64,000 bases of DNA, taken from assembly GCA_965277285.1 (NCBI GenBank), contig OZ255721.1, positions 2,528,001 to 2,592,000 on the forward strand. The letters are read 5' to 3'. The notes under the pieces are model-generated. The model searched no databases. It had not been told where the DNA came from and saw only the letters and a program-made list of their open reading frames with translations. This document shows positions 28,446 through 38,867 of the stretch, piece after piece. The DNA is from Abditibacteriaceae bacterium. Lineage in GTDB: Bacteria > Armatimonadota > Abditibacteriia > Abditibacteriales > Abditibacteriaceae. A program made the translations under genes and the position numbers. Each line of letters starts with the position of its first letter. Positions within the stretch are counted from its first letter, which is position 1.

Positions 28446-29196
28446 GGATCGAGTACTCGAAACCTTGCGCGCTGAAGTGCAATCGCAGCCGCATCGCTTG
28501 CTGTTCGTGACAATCAGCGGCGCGCACGCCTATGGTTTTCCGTCGCCTGATTCCGACTTCGATTTGCGTGGTGCACACGTTTTTCCGCTGCAACAAATCG
28601 TCGGCTTGAATACGCCGCGCGAAACGCTGGAAATCTCGCGCGAACGCGACGGCGAGCACATGGATTTGGTGACGCACGACGTTCATAAATACTTTCGCCT
28701 GCTGCTCAAACACAGCGGTTACGTGCTGGAACAAATCGTCTCGCCGCTGATAATTGTGTCCAGTCCCGAACATGAGGAACTGATCGACATTGCGCGGCGC
28801 AGCGTGGCGAAGTTGCACGCCAAGCATTATTTCGGTTTCGCGCACAATCAGTGGAAGATGTTCGAGCGCAAAACGCCGCATCGCGTCAAGCCACTGCTTT
28901 ATATTTATCGCGTTTTGCTTTCCGGCATTCACTTGATGAAAAGCGGCGAAATCGAAACCAATTTGCTGGTTTTGAACGACGAATTTGGTTCCTCACAAGT
29001 GCGCGATTTGATCGCGCTCAAAACCGCCGAAAGCGAAGTCACGCATTTGCCGAACCCCGATTTGTCGTTTTATCGCGCGGAATATGAGCGTTTGCAAAAC
29101 ACCTTGCGCGAAGCCGAATCGAGTACTCGATTGCCGCCAACGTGCGACATCCGCGACGAACTAAACGATTTACTGCTGCGCTTGCGCCTGAATTAA
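28423..29196 (+). CDS. Pol-beta-type nucleotidyltransferase, RlaP/YcgL family
   Basis: ISGAHAYGFPSPDSDFDLRG (GS-x-DxD type motif), KPLLYIYRVLL. Confidence 0.85.
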   Translation: MTHTVHIEDRVLETLRAEVQSQPHRLLFVTISGAHAYGFPSPDSDFDLRGAHVFPLQQIVGLNTPRETLEISRERDGEHMDLVTHDVHKYFRLLLKHSGYVLEQIVSPLIIVSSPEHEELIDIARRSVAKLHAKHYFGFAHNQWKMFERKTPHRVKPLLYIYRVLLSGIHLMKSGEIETNLLVLNDEFGSSQVRDLIALKTAESEVTHLPNPDLSFYRAEYERLQNTLREAESSTRLPPTCDIRDELNDLLLRLRLN

Positions 29197-29282
29197 CGAA
29201 CCCAGAGCGTAAGCGACGGGTGTTGCGTAAGAATTACATCGAATTCTTACGCAACACCCGTCGCTTACGCTCTGGGTTCGTT
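29195..29282. repeat. 41-bp perfect inverted repeat (GAACCC..GCGTAAGCG family)
   Basis: Arms 29195-29235 and 29242-29282, loop ACATCG. Confidence 0.9.
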
Positions 29283-29290
29283 GAAGAACC

Positions 29291-31822
29291 ATGAAAATTA
29301 CCCTTCCCGAATTGTCGTTTGTTGTGCTCATTGGCGCGTCCGGCGCGGGCAAATCGAGCTTTGCGCGCCAGCATTTTCTGCCAACTGAAACGCTGTCGTC
29401 CGATTTTTGTCGCGGCCTGGTTTCGGACGATGAAAACAGTCTGGAGGCGACCAACGACGCGTTTGAAACCTTGCATTACATCGCGGCCAAGCGTTTAAGT
29501 CGCGGGCTTTTGACGGTTGTCGATGCGACCAACGTGCAAGCTGAATCGCGGGCGCCTTTGGTGGCCTTGGCGAAGAAGTTTCATGTTTTGCCGTGCGCGA
29601 TTGTCCTGAATATGCCGGAAGAAGTTTGCATCGAGCGCAACCAATCGCGCTCTGATCGCAACTTTGGGCCGCATGTTGTGCGCAATCATGCGCGCGCTTT
29701 GCGACGTTCTTTGCGCGGCTTGAAGCGCGAAGGCTTTCGTCACATCTTCATTTTGAACTCGCTCGAAGAAATCGAAAACGCGACTATTGAGCGTCAGCCT
29801 TTGTGGAACAACAAGCGCGATCAACACGGCCCATTCGACATCATCGGCGATGTTCACGGTTGTGGCGATGAACTGGAAACGCTACTTCGAGTACTCGATT
29901 ACGAAAACAGCGACGGTGTGTGGAAACATCCGCAACGTCGCGCCATTTTCGTCGGCGATTTGGTGGATCGCGGGCCGCGCGTCGTCGATGTCTTGAACAT
30001 CGTAATAGAAATGTGCGCGGCTGGAAATGCTTTGTGTGTTCCGGGCAATCACGATAAAAAGCTGCTGGAAAAACTCAACGGCAAAAACGTGAAAGTCGCG
30101 CACGGTCTGGCTGAAACATTGGCGCAAATCGAAGATCAAAGCGACGAATGGAAAGCGCGCACTAAGAAGTTTTTGGACGCTTTGGTCAGTCATTACGTGT
30201 TCGATGATGGCAATTTGGTTGTCGCGCACGCGGGCATGAAAGCCGAAATGCAAGGTCGCGGTTCGGGCGCGGTGCGTTCGTTCGCACTTTACGGCGAAAC
30301 GACGGGCGAAACCGACGAGTTCGGCTTGCCGGTTCGTTATCCATGGGCGAAAGAATATCGCGGCAGTGCGACGGTGGTTTACGGTCACACGCCCGTTCCC
30401 GAACCGGAATGGCTCAACAACACCATCAACATCGATACGGGCTGCGTTTTCGGCGGCAAATTGGCGGCACTTCGCTATCCCGAACGCGAAATCGTATCAG
30501 TGCAAGCCGAACGTGTTTATGCGGAACCGGCGCGACCATTTTTAGACGAATCGAGTACTCGAAATGCGCAACACGAGCACGACGATGTTTTAGATTTGGC
30601 CGATGTCACGGGAAAACGCATCGTTCACACGCGTTTGGTGCCCAGCGTGACGATCCGCGAAGAAAACTCGATTGCCGCTTTGGAAGTGATGAGCCGTTTC
30701 GCGGCTGACCCGAAATGGCTGATTTATTTGCCGCCCACCATGTCGCCCAGCGAAACCAGCAAGCGCGATGGTTTTCTCGAATATCCCTCTGAAGCGTTTG
30801 GTTATTTCGCGTCTCAAGGCGTTGAAAAAGTCGTCTGCGAAGAAAAGCACATGGGTTCGCGCGCGGTTGTCGTCGTGTGCCGCGATGAAGAAGTCGCGCG
30901 CCGTCGTTTCGGCGTCACAAATGGCGAAAGTGGCATCATCACGACGCGCACCGGACGCAAGTTTTTCAACGACCAAACGTTGGAAAACGCGCTGCTGCAA
31001 CGTGTTCGTCAGGGCATTGGCCGCGCCGGTTTGTGGGATAGTTTGCAAACCGATTGGCTTTGTCTCGACTGCGAATTGATGCCGTGGTCGGCTAAAGCGC
31101 AGGAATTATTGCAGCGCCAATACGCGCCCGTTGGAACCGCTGCTACGCATTCGTTGCAAGCCGCCGTTCGAGTACTCGATGTAGCCGCCGCCAACGGTTT
31201 GGACGTCTCAACGTTGCGCCAAAGTCTTCACGAGCGCGAGCAAATGGCGCACGATTATGTGGCGGCTTATCAGCGCTATTGCTGGGATGTGCAAAGCATC
31301 GAAGATTACAAACTGGCGCCGTTTCATTTGCTGGCGAGCGAAGGACAGGTTCACACAGACAAAAATCACGTCTGGCACATGGAAACCTTGAAAACGTTGT
31401 GCGAAGGCGACGATATTTTGCTGCAAACGCCGTATCGAGTACTCGAATTGAACGACGCAGAACAAGTCGAAAGCGCGATTGCATGGTGGGAAGAACTAAC
31501 GGGCAAAGGCGGCGAAGGCATGGTCGTCAAGCCTTTGGGTTTTGTGGTGCGCGGCGAAAAAGGCTTGGTTCAACCAGCGGTGAAATGTCGTGGGCGCGAA
31601 TATTTGCGCATCATTTACGGCTTGGATTACACACGCCAAGAAAACCTAAGTCGCTTGCGCTCACGCGGTCTGGGAGCCAAACGTTCGTTGGCTGTGCGCG
31701 AGTTTGCGCTGGGAATCGAAGCGTTGGAACGTTTCGTGGCGAAAGAGCCGTTGCGCCGCGTTCACGAATGTGTCTTCGGCGTGCTGGCGATGGAAAGCGA
31801 GCCAGTCGATCCGCGCTTGTGA
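29291..31822 (+). CDS. pnkp: Bacterial polynucleotide kinase-phosphatase-ligase Pnkp
   Basis: GASGAGKS P-loop, GDVHG/GDLVDRG/GNHD phosphoesterase motifs, EEKHMGSR adenylation motif, EGMVVKP, ESEPVDPRL. Confidence 0.95.
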   Translation: MKITLPELSFVVLIGASGAGKSSFARQHFLPTETLSSDFCRGLVSDDENSLEATNDAFETLHYIAAKRLSRGLLTVVDATNVQAESRAPLVALAKKFHVLPCAIVLNMPEEVCIERNQSRSDRNFGPHVVRNHARALRRSLRGLKREGFRHIFILNSLEEIENATIERQPLWNNKRDQHGPFDIIGDVHGCGDELETLLRVLDYENSDGVWKHPQRRAIFVGDLVDRGPRVVDVLNIVIEMCAAGNALCVPGNHDKKLLEKLNGKNVKVAHGLAETLAQIEDQSDEWKARTKKFLDALVSHYVFDDGNLVVAHAGMKAEMQGRGSGAVRSFALYGETTGETDEFGLPVRYPWAKEYRGSATVVYGHTPVPEPEWLNNTINIDTGCVFGGKLAALRYPEREIVSVQAERVYAEPARPFLDESSTRNAQHEHDDVLDLADVTGKRIVHTRLVPSVTIREENSIAALEVMSRFAADPKWLIYLPPTMSPSETSKRDGFLEYPSEAFGYFASQGVEKVVCEEKHMGSRAVVVVCRDEEVARRRFGVTNGESGIITTRTGRKFFNDQTLENALLQRVRQGIGRAGLWDSLQTDWLCLDCELMPWSAKAQELLQRQYAPVGTAATHSLQAAVRVLDVAAANGLDVSTLRQSLHEREQMAHDYVAAYQRYCWDVQSIEDYKLAPFHLLASEGQVHTDKNHVWHMETLKTLCEGDDILLQTPYRVLELNDAEQVESAIAWWEELTGKGGEGMVVKPLGFVVRGEKGLVQPAVKCRGREYLRIIYGLDYTRQENLSRLRSRGLGAKRSLAVREFALGIEALERFVAKEPLRRVHECVFGVLAMESEPVDPRL

Positions 31823-31828
31823 AGTTAA

Positions 31829-31921
31829 TAGCCACAAAGAGCACAAAGGACACAAAGAAAAAGAAACGCTTGTTGAGCAATCTCCCATTTTTCTTTGTGT
31901 CCTTTGTGCTCTTTGTGGCTA
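31829..31921. repeat. Inverted-repeat element (TAGCCACAAAGAGCACA family), possible bidirectional terminator
   Basis: Near-identical to 335-505; lies between the convergent pnkp and hisD. Confidence 0.8.
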
Positions 31922-31942
31922 TTGAAGCGACTATATAGAAGA

Positions 31943-33268
31943 TCAGCTTGACGACTTGGCCGCACGCTCAATCGCCTGCGCGTGACCGGGCAACTCTTCC
32001 AGGTTCGCCAACAAACTTAAATCGTTGCTTAAACTCGCAATGGATTCGCGCGAGGCAGCGATAAGCGAAGTGCGCTTGAGAAAGGTTTCGACTCCGACGC
32101 CATGCGCGAAACGGGCGGTCGTTCCAGTCGGCAAAGTGTGCGACGGCCCAGCGATATAATCGCCCAAGGGAACTGGCGTGTTGAGGAAAATCGCGCCTGC
32201 GTGACGTATTCGAGTACTCAATGCGAGCGCGTCGCGGCTCCAGATTTCGACGTGTTCGGCTGCCGCAAGATTGCAAAGTTCGGCTGCTTCGTCCAAAGTC
32301 TCGACGCGCAAAATCAAAGCGTTTTGCAACGATTCGCGCAAAATCTCGCGGCGCGGGTTCGCTGCGATTTGCGATTCGACTTCGCTCATCACAGCCGCGC
32401 ACAAGATCGGCGAAGTGCAGACTAAACACACGAACGAATCGTTGCCATGTTCGGCCTGCGCGATCAAATCCGCCGCGATTTGTGGCGCTAAACGATGCGC
32501 CGTTTCACTTTCTTCGCCGCCTTGTTCGGGCGAAGTGTCGGCCAAAACAACGACTTCGCTCGGCCCGTAAAGCCCATCAATGCCGACTTCGCCATACAGG
32601 TATTTTTTTGCCAGCGTCACGTAAATGCTGCCTGGCCCAACGATTTTATCGACTTTGCGGACGGTTTTCGTGCCCAGCGCCAAGGCTGCCATCGCGCCTG
32701 CGCCGCCAATTTTATAGATTTCTGTGATGCCTGCGACGCGCGCGGCGGCTAAAATCGTCGGGTTGCAGTTGCCATCTTTTCCCGACGGTGAAGCCAGCAC
32801 AACTTCGGGCACGCCAGCGACTTGCGCGGGAATCGCCAGCATCAAAACCGTCGAAGGATAAGCGGCGCGACCGTTGGGCGCATACATTCCGACGCGATCA
32901 AGCGGCGTATAGCGTTGTCCCAAAAACAAGCCGTCCGGCGACGACATGATCCAATCGCCGACGGGTTGCTTTCCATGAAAGGCGCGAATGTTCTGCGCGG
33001 CGCGTTGGAGCGCGCGTTTGGCTTCGTCCGGCGTTTGCGCCCACGCATCGTCGATTTCTGCGGGCGCAACGCGCAATTGTTCGAGCGTCAAATTGGGGCA
33101 AGAAAACTGGCGCTCGAAACGCAAAAGCGCGTCGTCACCGTCTTGTCGCACGGCTTCGCAAATGTCGCGCACGACGGTTTCAATTTCAGGTTGAGATGAA
33201 AACGCGCGGCTTATGTTGGATGCTGTTAAAGCCTCGCGCGCGGCTGAGAATCCTTCGATGAGTTGCAT
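31943..33268 (-). CDS. hisD: Histidinol dehydrogenase
   Basis: AYPSTVLM, DKIVGPG, GIDGLYGPSEV, DLIAQAEH, EHVEI, GDYIAGPSHTLPT. Confidence 0.95.
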   Translation of the reverse strand: MQLIEGFSAAREALTASNISRAFSSQPEIETVVRDICEAVRQDGDDALLRFERQFSCPNLTLEQLRVAPAEIDDAWAQTPDEAKRALQRAAQNIRAFHGKQPVGDWIMSSPDGLFLGQRYTPLDRVGMYAPNGRAAYPSTVLMLAIPAQVAGVPEVVLASPSGKDGNCNPTILAAARVAGITEIYKIGGAGAMAALALGTKTVRKVDKIVGPGSIYVTLAKKYLYGEVGIDGLYGPSEVVVLADTSPEQGGEESETAHRLAPQIAADLIAQAEHGNDSFVCLVCTSPILCAAVMSEVESQIAANPRREILRESLQNALILRVETLDEAAELCNLAAAEHVEIWSRDALALSTRIRHAGAIFLNTPVPLGDYIAGPSHTLPTGTTARFAHGVGVETFLKRTSLIAASRESIASLSNDLSLLANLEELPGHAQAIERAAKSSS

Positions 33269-33402
33269 GAAAGAAGTGTGCCACAACAATGCGCATTCGA
33301 GTACTCGATAAAGCTGCAAACCTTTAAAGACGCAAAGAACGCAAAGATTTTTCAGGTCTTGGCGTTCTTTGCGGTTTGACGTTCTTGAAACTGTTTCCTA
33401 TT

Positions 33403-34899
33403 TTACGAAATGGAAACGCTTCCACTGGTCAGCGAACCGCTGCGCGTGAAGTAAGGTGCAAGTTGCCCCGGCTTATACAAAGCGATGCTAAAGGTTTGCG
33501 CGCTGTTGTCGATAGTGACGACAAAGGTGCCTGGCGCATAACCTTTGCCACGCGAGAACGTGCCGCTAAACGTTGCGGTGCTGCCGCTGTAGGTCAATGT
33601 CGTAATTGCCGCATTGGACAAGTAAGTGCCGTTTTTGCTGGAGAAGCTGAGCGTTCCAACGGCATTGGGCGCATTAGCCGTGCTGGTGGCGTTGAAGACG
33701 AAATTGCTCTGATTGCCGCCACTGCCGATGGTTCCATCTCCCAAGACACCACGCAGGCTGAGAATAAAAATAATCGATTCTCCGTAGACGGTGCCGCTAC
33801 CAGTGATCTGGCCTCTGTTATTGATGGAGTCAGCTTCCTTTAGCACCCAATTGGAGGACGGGTCGATCAAGCTGTTGAGGTCTTGTGCGATGCCGCCCGA
33901 ATATACGAAAGCATGGTTACTGCTAAAGTTGCTCGAGTAAAAACTGCCGACTACGGTTCCGTTGTCATTGATGCCTAAGGCACCGCTATTGTTTTTACCA
34001 GCGGGCAGCAAGTTGCCGATGTCGGTCGCGCTTCCACCGGAATACACGAATGCGTGACCGTAGGTGCCGTTATAGAACTGTCCAACGACTTGGTTATGGT
34101 TGTTGACGCCTACTGCGTGAGCTTCCGTTGAATTGCCCAGTGCGGGATTCAGGTCGGTGACTGTTCCGTTCGAGTACAGGTAAGCATGAACCACATTGCC
34201 AGATGTGCGGTATTCGCCGACAATCGCACTGCTGTTGTTAATATTGTAAGCCCTGCTGTAAATCGTGCCGACGGGAAATGCCGGATTCAAATCTTGCACT
34301 GCGCCGCCCGAATACAGAAACGCATGATTGTCCGAGAAAGGTGGAGAATAAAAGTAACCTACGACTTGCCCGCTGTTGTTGATACTTTCAGCGTAGCTGT
34401 CGGTGGTACCCAAGGGAAAGAGCCCACTGAGGTCTTGCGCTGTGTTGCGGAATGGCGAGTAAATAAACGAATGGCTTTCATGGGCGCCATCGTAAAAATA
34501 GCCAGTAATCAGGTTGCTGTCACTCAGGTCTTGCGCATAGCTGCCGTCCGGCGGGTTGCCCAGCGCCGCGTTGAAATCATTTACCACACCGTTGTAGTAG
34601 AAAGCGTGATCAGAGTAGTCGCCAAAAGAGTCCGGATAATAATGGCCTACGACGTTCCCACTATTGTTGATACTGGTAGTGAAGTTGCTGTAAATGGAGG
34701 GCGCAATGCCGGTAATTGAGTACTGGGAGGCACGGGAAGGTGTCGCCAGTGCGCTGGTTACACCCAGGACAATCAGTGCCGCCAGCGGCGTCGCTTTGCG
34801 AAAGTGGTGAAACCTTCCAGTTCGTGCGATTGGCGCTTGCGCTTTGGTGGCAGTCGGCAACGCGAGTTCGACCGTTTGTTTGCGGAGCATTTGGATCAT
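33403..34899 (-). CDS. Extracellular HAF-repeat protein
   Basis: Six INN.GQVVG....HAF.Y repeats, signal peptide; SD AAGGAG before ATG 34899. Confidence 0.85.
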   Translation of the reverse strand: MIQMLRKQTVELALPTATKAQAPIARTGRFHHFRKATPLAALIVLGVTSALATPSRASQYSITGIAPSIYSNFTTSINNSGNVVGHYYPDSFGDYSDHAFYYNGVVNDFNAALGNPPDGSYAQDLSDSNLITGYFYDGAHESHSFIYSPFRNTAQDLSGLFPLGTTDSYAESINNSGQVVGYFYSPPFSDNHAFLYSGGAVQDLNPAFPVGTIYSRAYNINNSSAIVGEYRTSGNVVHAYLYSNGTVTDLNPALGNSTEAHAVGVNNHNQVVGQFYNGTYGHAFVYSGGSATDIGNLLPAGKNNSGALGINDNGTVVGSFYSSNFSSNHAFVYSGGIAQDLNSLIDPSSNWVLKEADSINNRGQITGSGTVYGESIIFILSLRGVLGDGTIGSGGNQSNFVFNATSTANAPNAVGTLSFSSKNGTYLSNAAITTLTYSGSTATFSGTFSRGKGYAPGTFVVTIDNSAQTFSIALYKPGQLAPYFTRSGSLTSGSVSIS

Positions 34900-35302
34900 T
34901 TCTGTTCTCCTTATCATCGCCATTATCTTCGACCAAAGGGGACGACAAACCCGAAATCGGCATCAAATTGCCGACCGAACGAAGTTACGAAGAAAAGCAA
35001 TAGTGTGATGCTGTCACGATAACATATTTTTGCCACATTTGTCATTTGACAAAAGCTTTTTGCGCAACCAAATACGGCAAGACTGTGGCTCGCAAAATTC
35101 TTCGATGCTTCGTCCGTCCGACAAGGGTGTTGCAAGGCGCGGCGGACAAGTTGTTCGAGTACTCGAATTCAAATCTCGGACTACAGAAATCGCGCCTTAC
35201 AACGCGGACTACAAAAGAAGGTGGAAACGTGATAAAGTGCCTTGGCAGCGCTTCTTTGAAGTGTTTGGTGAATGGCACAGAGTTTTATGGTATCCTGTGC
35301 GT

Positions 35303-35782
35303 GTGCCAAAGCGAACGACCAGCCGCAGGACTTGGACGGAAGAGCAACTGCGCGAAGCCGTCAAAACCTCGCGTTCGATTCGCAAGGTGTTACAATCTTT
35401 GGGATTGCGCGCAACAGGCGGAAATTATTGTAGCATTCAATCGTGGATCAAAGAATTGAAAATTGATACATCCCATTTTCTCGGCCAAGGCTGGTGCAAG
35501 CAACCGCCCCGTTTTTCGTGGGACTTAGTCGAGATCTTAGTGGAGAATTCTCTTTACACGAACTCGGGAGCTTTGAAGCGGCGTTTGATGAAAGAAGGTG
35601 TTTTTTCGGCTCGTTGTCAGCGTTGCGGCCTGGCCGAGTGGTTGGGGCAAGCGGTTCCTTTGGAGTTAGAACATATTAATGGTGTGAGAACTGACAATCG
35701 GCGCGAGAATCTGCAACTTCTTTGTCCGAACTGTCATGCCTTTACACCGACCTATCGGAGACGTAAAAGTTCGCTCGGGTAG
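35303..35782 (+). CDS. HNH endonuclease (tRNA-adjacent type)
   Basis: WTEEQLREAV...DTSHFLGQGW; CQRCG...LELEHING...DNRRENLQLLCPNCH; GTG 35303 follows TGG-TATCCT. Confidence 0.85.
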   Translation: MPKRTTSRRTWTEEQLREAVKTSRSIRKVLQSLGLRATGGNYCSIQSWIKELKIDTSHFLGQGWCKQPPRFSWDLVEILVENSLYTNSGALKRRLMKEGVFSARCQRCGLAEWLGQAVPLELEHINGVRTDNRRENLQLLCPNCHAFTPTYRRRKSSLG

Positions 35783-35846
35783 CCCAATGGCAGGAGGCAC
35801 CGGACTTAAAATCCGTACAGTGTGGGTTCGAGTCCCATCCCGAGTA
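35773..35846 (+). tRNA. tRNA-Leu (TAA) with a short variable arm
   Basis: Acceptor GCTCGGG/CCCGAGT, loop CT-TAA-AA, variable ACAGT, T-arm GTGGG-TTCGAGT-CCCAT, discriminator A. Confidence 0.88.
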
Positions 35847-35856
35847 TTATTTAGTT

Positions 35857-36057
35857 CAAGTTGCCATTGTGCCTGCGCGTGAACTCGCGGCTTGTGTGCC
35901 CTTTGGGCAGGTGCTTACGCCGCGGGTGCCCTTTGGGCGGATCGGCCTGTGCCAACGATAGAGTATTTTCAATGTCGCGTCGGCGCAGGCCGACGCTTCT
36001 TTGCGAAGCGAAGCAAAGCCCAGCCGCGAGTTCACGCGCAGGCACAATGGCAACTTG
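35857..36057. mobile_element. MITE/REP-like element with 36-bp perfect terminal inverted repeats
   Basis: CAAGTTGCCATTGTGCCTGCGCGTGAACTCGCGGCT (35857-92) and its reverse complement (36022-57); internal GTGCCCTTTGGGC x2. Confidence 0.65.
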
Positions 36058-36184
36058 GGTTATGTATTTGTCGCACCAGTTTCGTTCGCGCATTCGATTT
36101 TCCATGACACTTCCTGCGACGCAAACTGGTTCTTCCGTGGCATGTTTCGCTTCGCCGCCGATTACTCTCCATCCCATTACTCAA

Positions 36185-36805
36185 ATGCCGATCTTGTTGG
36201 CTTCCGCTTCGCCGCGCCGCGCGCAAATTTTGCAAACCCTGGGCATTCCTTTTCGCATCGTCGAAAGCGCCTTTCAGGAAGCGCCGCCGCGACCCGAAGA
36301 TCACGCGCATCCGGTTCGTTTTGTCGAAAGCCTAGCACGACAAAAAGCGCGCGGCTGCGGCGACCAAAACCCGCGCGCTCTGGTTCTGACAGCGGATACA
36401 ATTGTGTGGCACGACGGCGAAATCTTGGGCAAGCCGCAAGATGAAGACGATGCGTTTGCGACTTTGCAACGATTGCGCAACAGTGAACATCAGGTTTTGA
36501 CCGGCGTTTGTCTGCGTCACGCCAACGCAAACGAAGAGTTCGAGTACTCGATAGCGCACGAAACGACGCGCGTGCGTTTCCGCGATGTCAGCGACAATTG
36601 GATTCGGGCTTATGTCCAAACTGGCGAACCGATGGACAAAGCCGGAAGTTATGGCGCGCAAGGCAAAGGCGCGATTTTGGTCGAGCGCATCGAAGGCGAT
36701 TTCTGGAACGTCGTCGGGTTGCCGTTAAGACCTTTGCGCGAACTGTTAGAAAACGCGGGCGCAGCAATTGAAAATTTTTGGCAGCCCAACGAACCCGAAG
36801 CGTAA
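36185..36805 (+). CDS. maf: Maf family nucleoside triphosphate pyrophosphatase
   Basis: [36 protein letters not shown]. Confidence 0.95.
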   Translation: MPILLASASPRRAQILQTLGIPFRIVESAFQEAPPRPEDHAHPVRFVESLARQKARGCGDQNPRALVLTADTIVWHDGEILGKPQDEDDAFATLQRLRNSEHQVLTGVCLRHANANEEFEYSIAHETTRVRFRDVSDNWIRAYVQTGEPMDKAGSYGAQGKGAILVERIEGDFWNVVGLPLRPLRELLENAGAAIENFWQPNEPEA

Positions 36806-36929
36806 GCGACGGGGTGAAATGATATTTACATCGAACAATTACGCTCAGCCCGTCGCTGACGCTCAGGGTTCGTTGATTTTTAACAATCGAGTACTCGATG
36901 TTCGGTCTTTTAGTCAGGTTGGAGAAATT

Positions 36930-37967
36930 TTGTTCAAGCAGTTATTTGGTCGTTTTTCGCAGGACATGGGCATCGACTTGGGCACGGCGAACACGCTGGT
37001 TCATGTGCGCGGTCGCGGCATCGTGTTGCGCGAGCCAAGCGTTGTCGCCATGAACCGCGAAACGCATCGCGTCGAAGCCGTCGGCGAAGCGGCCAAGCAA
37101 ATGGTCGGACGCACGCCTTCTCATATCGTGGCGATTCGGCCTTTGCGCGACGGCGTGATTTCGGATTTTGAAATCACCGAAAAGATGCTGAAGCATTTCA
37201 TCCTTGCGGTGCATGGAGGCCGCTCCTTCGCTCGACCGCGCGTCATGGTCGGCATTCCCAGTGGCATCACCGAAGTCGAAAAGCGCGCCGTCATCGAAGC
37301 CGCCATGAAAGCCGGAGCACGCGATGCCAGGACAATTGAAGAACCGATGGCCGCGGCGATTGGCGCTGGGCTTCCCGTCAGTGAACCGACAGGCTCGATG
37401 ATTGTCGACATTGGCGGCGGCACGACTGAAGTCGCGGTGATTTCGCTGGGCGGCATCGTGACATCACGGTCTCTGCGCATCGCGGGCGACGAAATTGACG
37501 AAGCGATCATCGCGTATGTGCGGCGCAGCTTCAATATGCTGATTGGCGAGCGCACGGCGGAAACTTTGAAAATGGAAATCGGCTCGGCGTTTCCCTTGCG
37601 CGAAGAAGTGAAATGGGAAATTCGCGGGCGCGATTTAGTCAACGGCTTGCCGCGCAGCATTTGCATCAATTCTGCGGAACTGCGCGAAGCGATTAAAGAG
37701 CCGGTCTGGGAAATCGTTGAAACCGTCAAAACCACGCTCGAGCAAAGTCCGCCCGAACTGTCGTCCGATATTATGGAGCGCGGCATTGTGCTCGCGGGCG
37801 GCGGCGCTTTGTTACGCGGATTAGATCAACTGCTGGAAAAAGAAACCAGCATTCCGGTTCATATCGCCGCCGATCCGTTGACCTGCGTCGCGCTGGGAAC
37901 CGGCGAAACCGTCGAAGCCTGGGATACGTGGACGAGTTCCAATCAGGCGATTTATGGAGGCAGATGA
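36930..37967 (+). CDS. mreB: Rod shape-determining protein MreB
   Basis: [36 protein letters not shown] start with SD GGAG. Confidence 0.97.
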   Translation: MFKQLFGRFSQDMGIDLGTANTLVHVRGRGIVLREPSVVAMNRETHRVEAVGEAAKQMVGRTPSHIVAIRPLRDGVISDFEITEKMLKHFILAVHGGRSFARPRVMVGIPSGITEVEKRAVIEAAMKAGARDARTIEEPMAAAIGAGLPVSEPTGSMIVDIGGGTTEVAVISLGGIVTSRSLRIAGDEIDEAIIAYVRRSFNMLIGERTAETLKMEIGSAFPLREEVKWEIRGRDLVNGLPRSICINSAELREAIKEPVWEIVETVKTTLEQSPPELSSDIMERGIVLAGGGALLRGLDQLLEKETSIPVHIAADPLTCVALGTGETVEAWDTWTSSNQAIYGGR

Positions 37968-38040
37968 GTTCTCAGTTTTGAATTCTCAGTTTTGAGTTAT
38001 GGGCTTCAACTCAAAACTGAGAATTCAAAACTGAGAACTC
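37966..38040. repeat. Inverted repeat made of short tandem units between mreB and mreC
   Basis: GAGTTCTCAGTTTTGAATTCTCAGTTTTGAGTT / AACTCAAAACTGAGAATTCAAAACTGAGAACTC. Confidence 0.85.
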
Positions 38041-38045
38041 CCGCG

Positions 38046-38867
38046 ATGCGTCGTCTTCCCGCTCCCTTTTTTCTTGCGCTGATGCTGGTGCTTTGTGTCG
38101 TGCTGGTATGGTGGCAAAAGCGCGCCAGTCAACGCGGCAAGATGTCGGCGCCCGCAACGGTGAGCGTCGGGCTTTTGGGCGGCACCAATCGCGTACTCAA
38201 CGGCGTCGGCGGCTGGTTTGGTGATGTCGGGCACGCCATGATCGGGCGCGGCGGCGCCATCGAAGAAAACCAGAAGTTGCAGGCGCAAGTCGCCGATTTG
38301 CAAGGTCAAAACCAGCGTTTGACGCGTTATCACCTGGAAAACGCCGAACTGCGCAAATTATTGCAAACGCCCAAAGCGCCGGGTGGGAAAAGCATTGCGG
38401 CGAACATCGTGGCGCTGGATGCGACGAACTTCGCGCGCCGCGTCACGCTTGACGTTGGTTCTCGTCAGGGCGTGCGCGTCAAAGATGTGGTTTACGTCGC
38501 GCAAGGCGTTGTCGGCCAAGTCATCGAAGTTTCGCCGTTCAATTGCGTCGTCTTGCTGCTGACCGATGGCGATTCGGGCGCCATTGGCGCGATGACTTCG
38601 CGCAGCGGCGCTAAAGGCATTTTGACGGGCAACGGCAGCGCCTTGTGTCATCTGGAAATTATGAGTTCGTATCAAGCTGATGTGCGCGAAGGCGATTTGG
38701 TCTTGACCTCGGGCTTGTCCGATATTTTTCCGCGCGGCCTGGTTGTGGGACGCATTATCAAAGTGACGCGCGACCGCAGCTATTCGCGCCTGACCGCCGA
38801 AGTCGAACCCGCCGCGCCGCTTGATCAGATTTCCACTGTTTATGTCCGCACAGGCGCCGGACCGTAG
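38046..38867 (+). CDS. mreC: Rod shape-determining protein MreC
   Basis: TM, coiled coil, EN.ELRKLL, DVGSRQGV, GDLVLTSGLSDIFPRGL. Confidence 0.92.
   Translation: MRRLPAPFFLALMLVLCVVLVWWQKRASQRGKMSAPATVSVGLLGGTNRVLNGVGGWFGDVGHAMIGRGGAIEENQKLQAQVADLQGQNQRLTRYHLENAELRKLLQTPKAPGGKSIAANIVALDATNFARRVTLDVGSRQGVRVKDVVYVAQGVVGQVIEVSPFNCVVLLLTDGDSGAIGAMTSRSGAKGILTGNGSALCHLEIMSSYQADVREGDLVLTSGLSDIFPRGLVVGRIIKVTRDRSYSRLTAEVEPAAPLDQISTVYVRTGAGP

Noticed and set aside
35030..35302. N-terminal extension of the HNH ORF
   Set aside because: Not domain-like; an extended -10 sits 6 nt before GTG 35303
35861..36929. Long N-terminal extensions of maf and mreB in the ORF track
   Set aside because: They translate through inverted-repeat elements; family-typical starts lie downstream (36185 and 36930)
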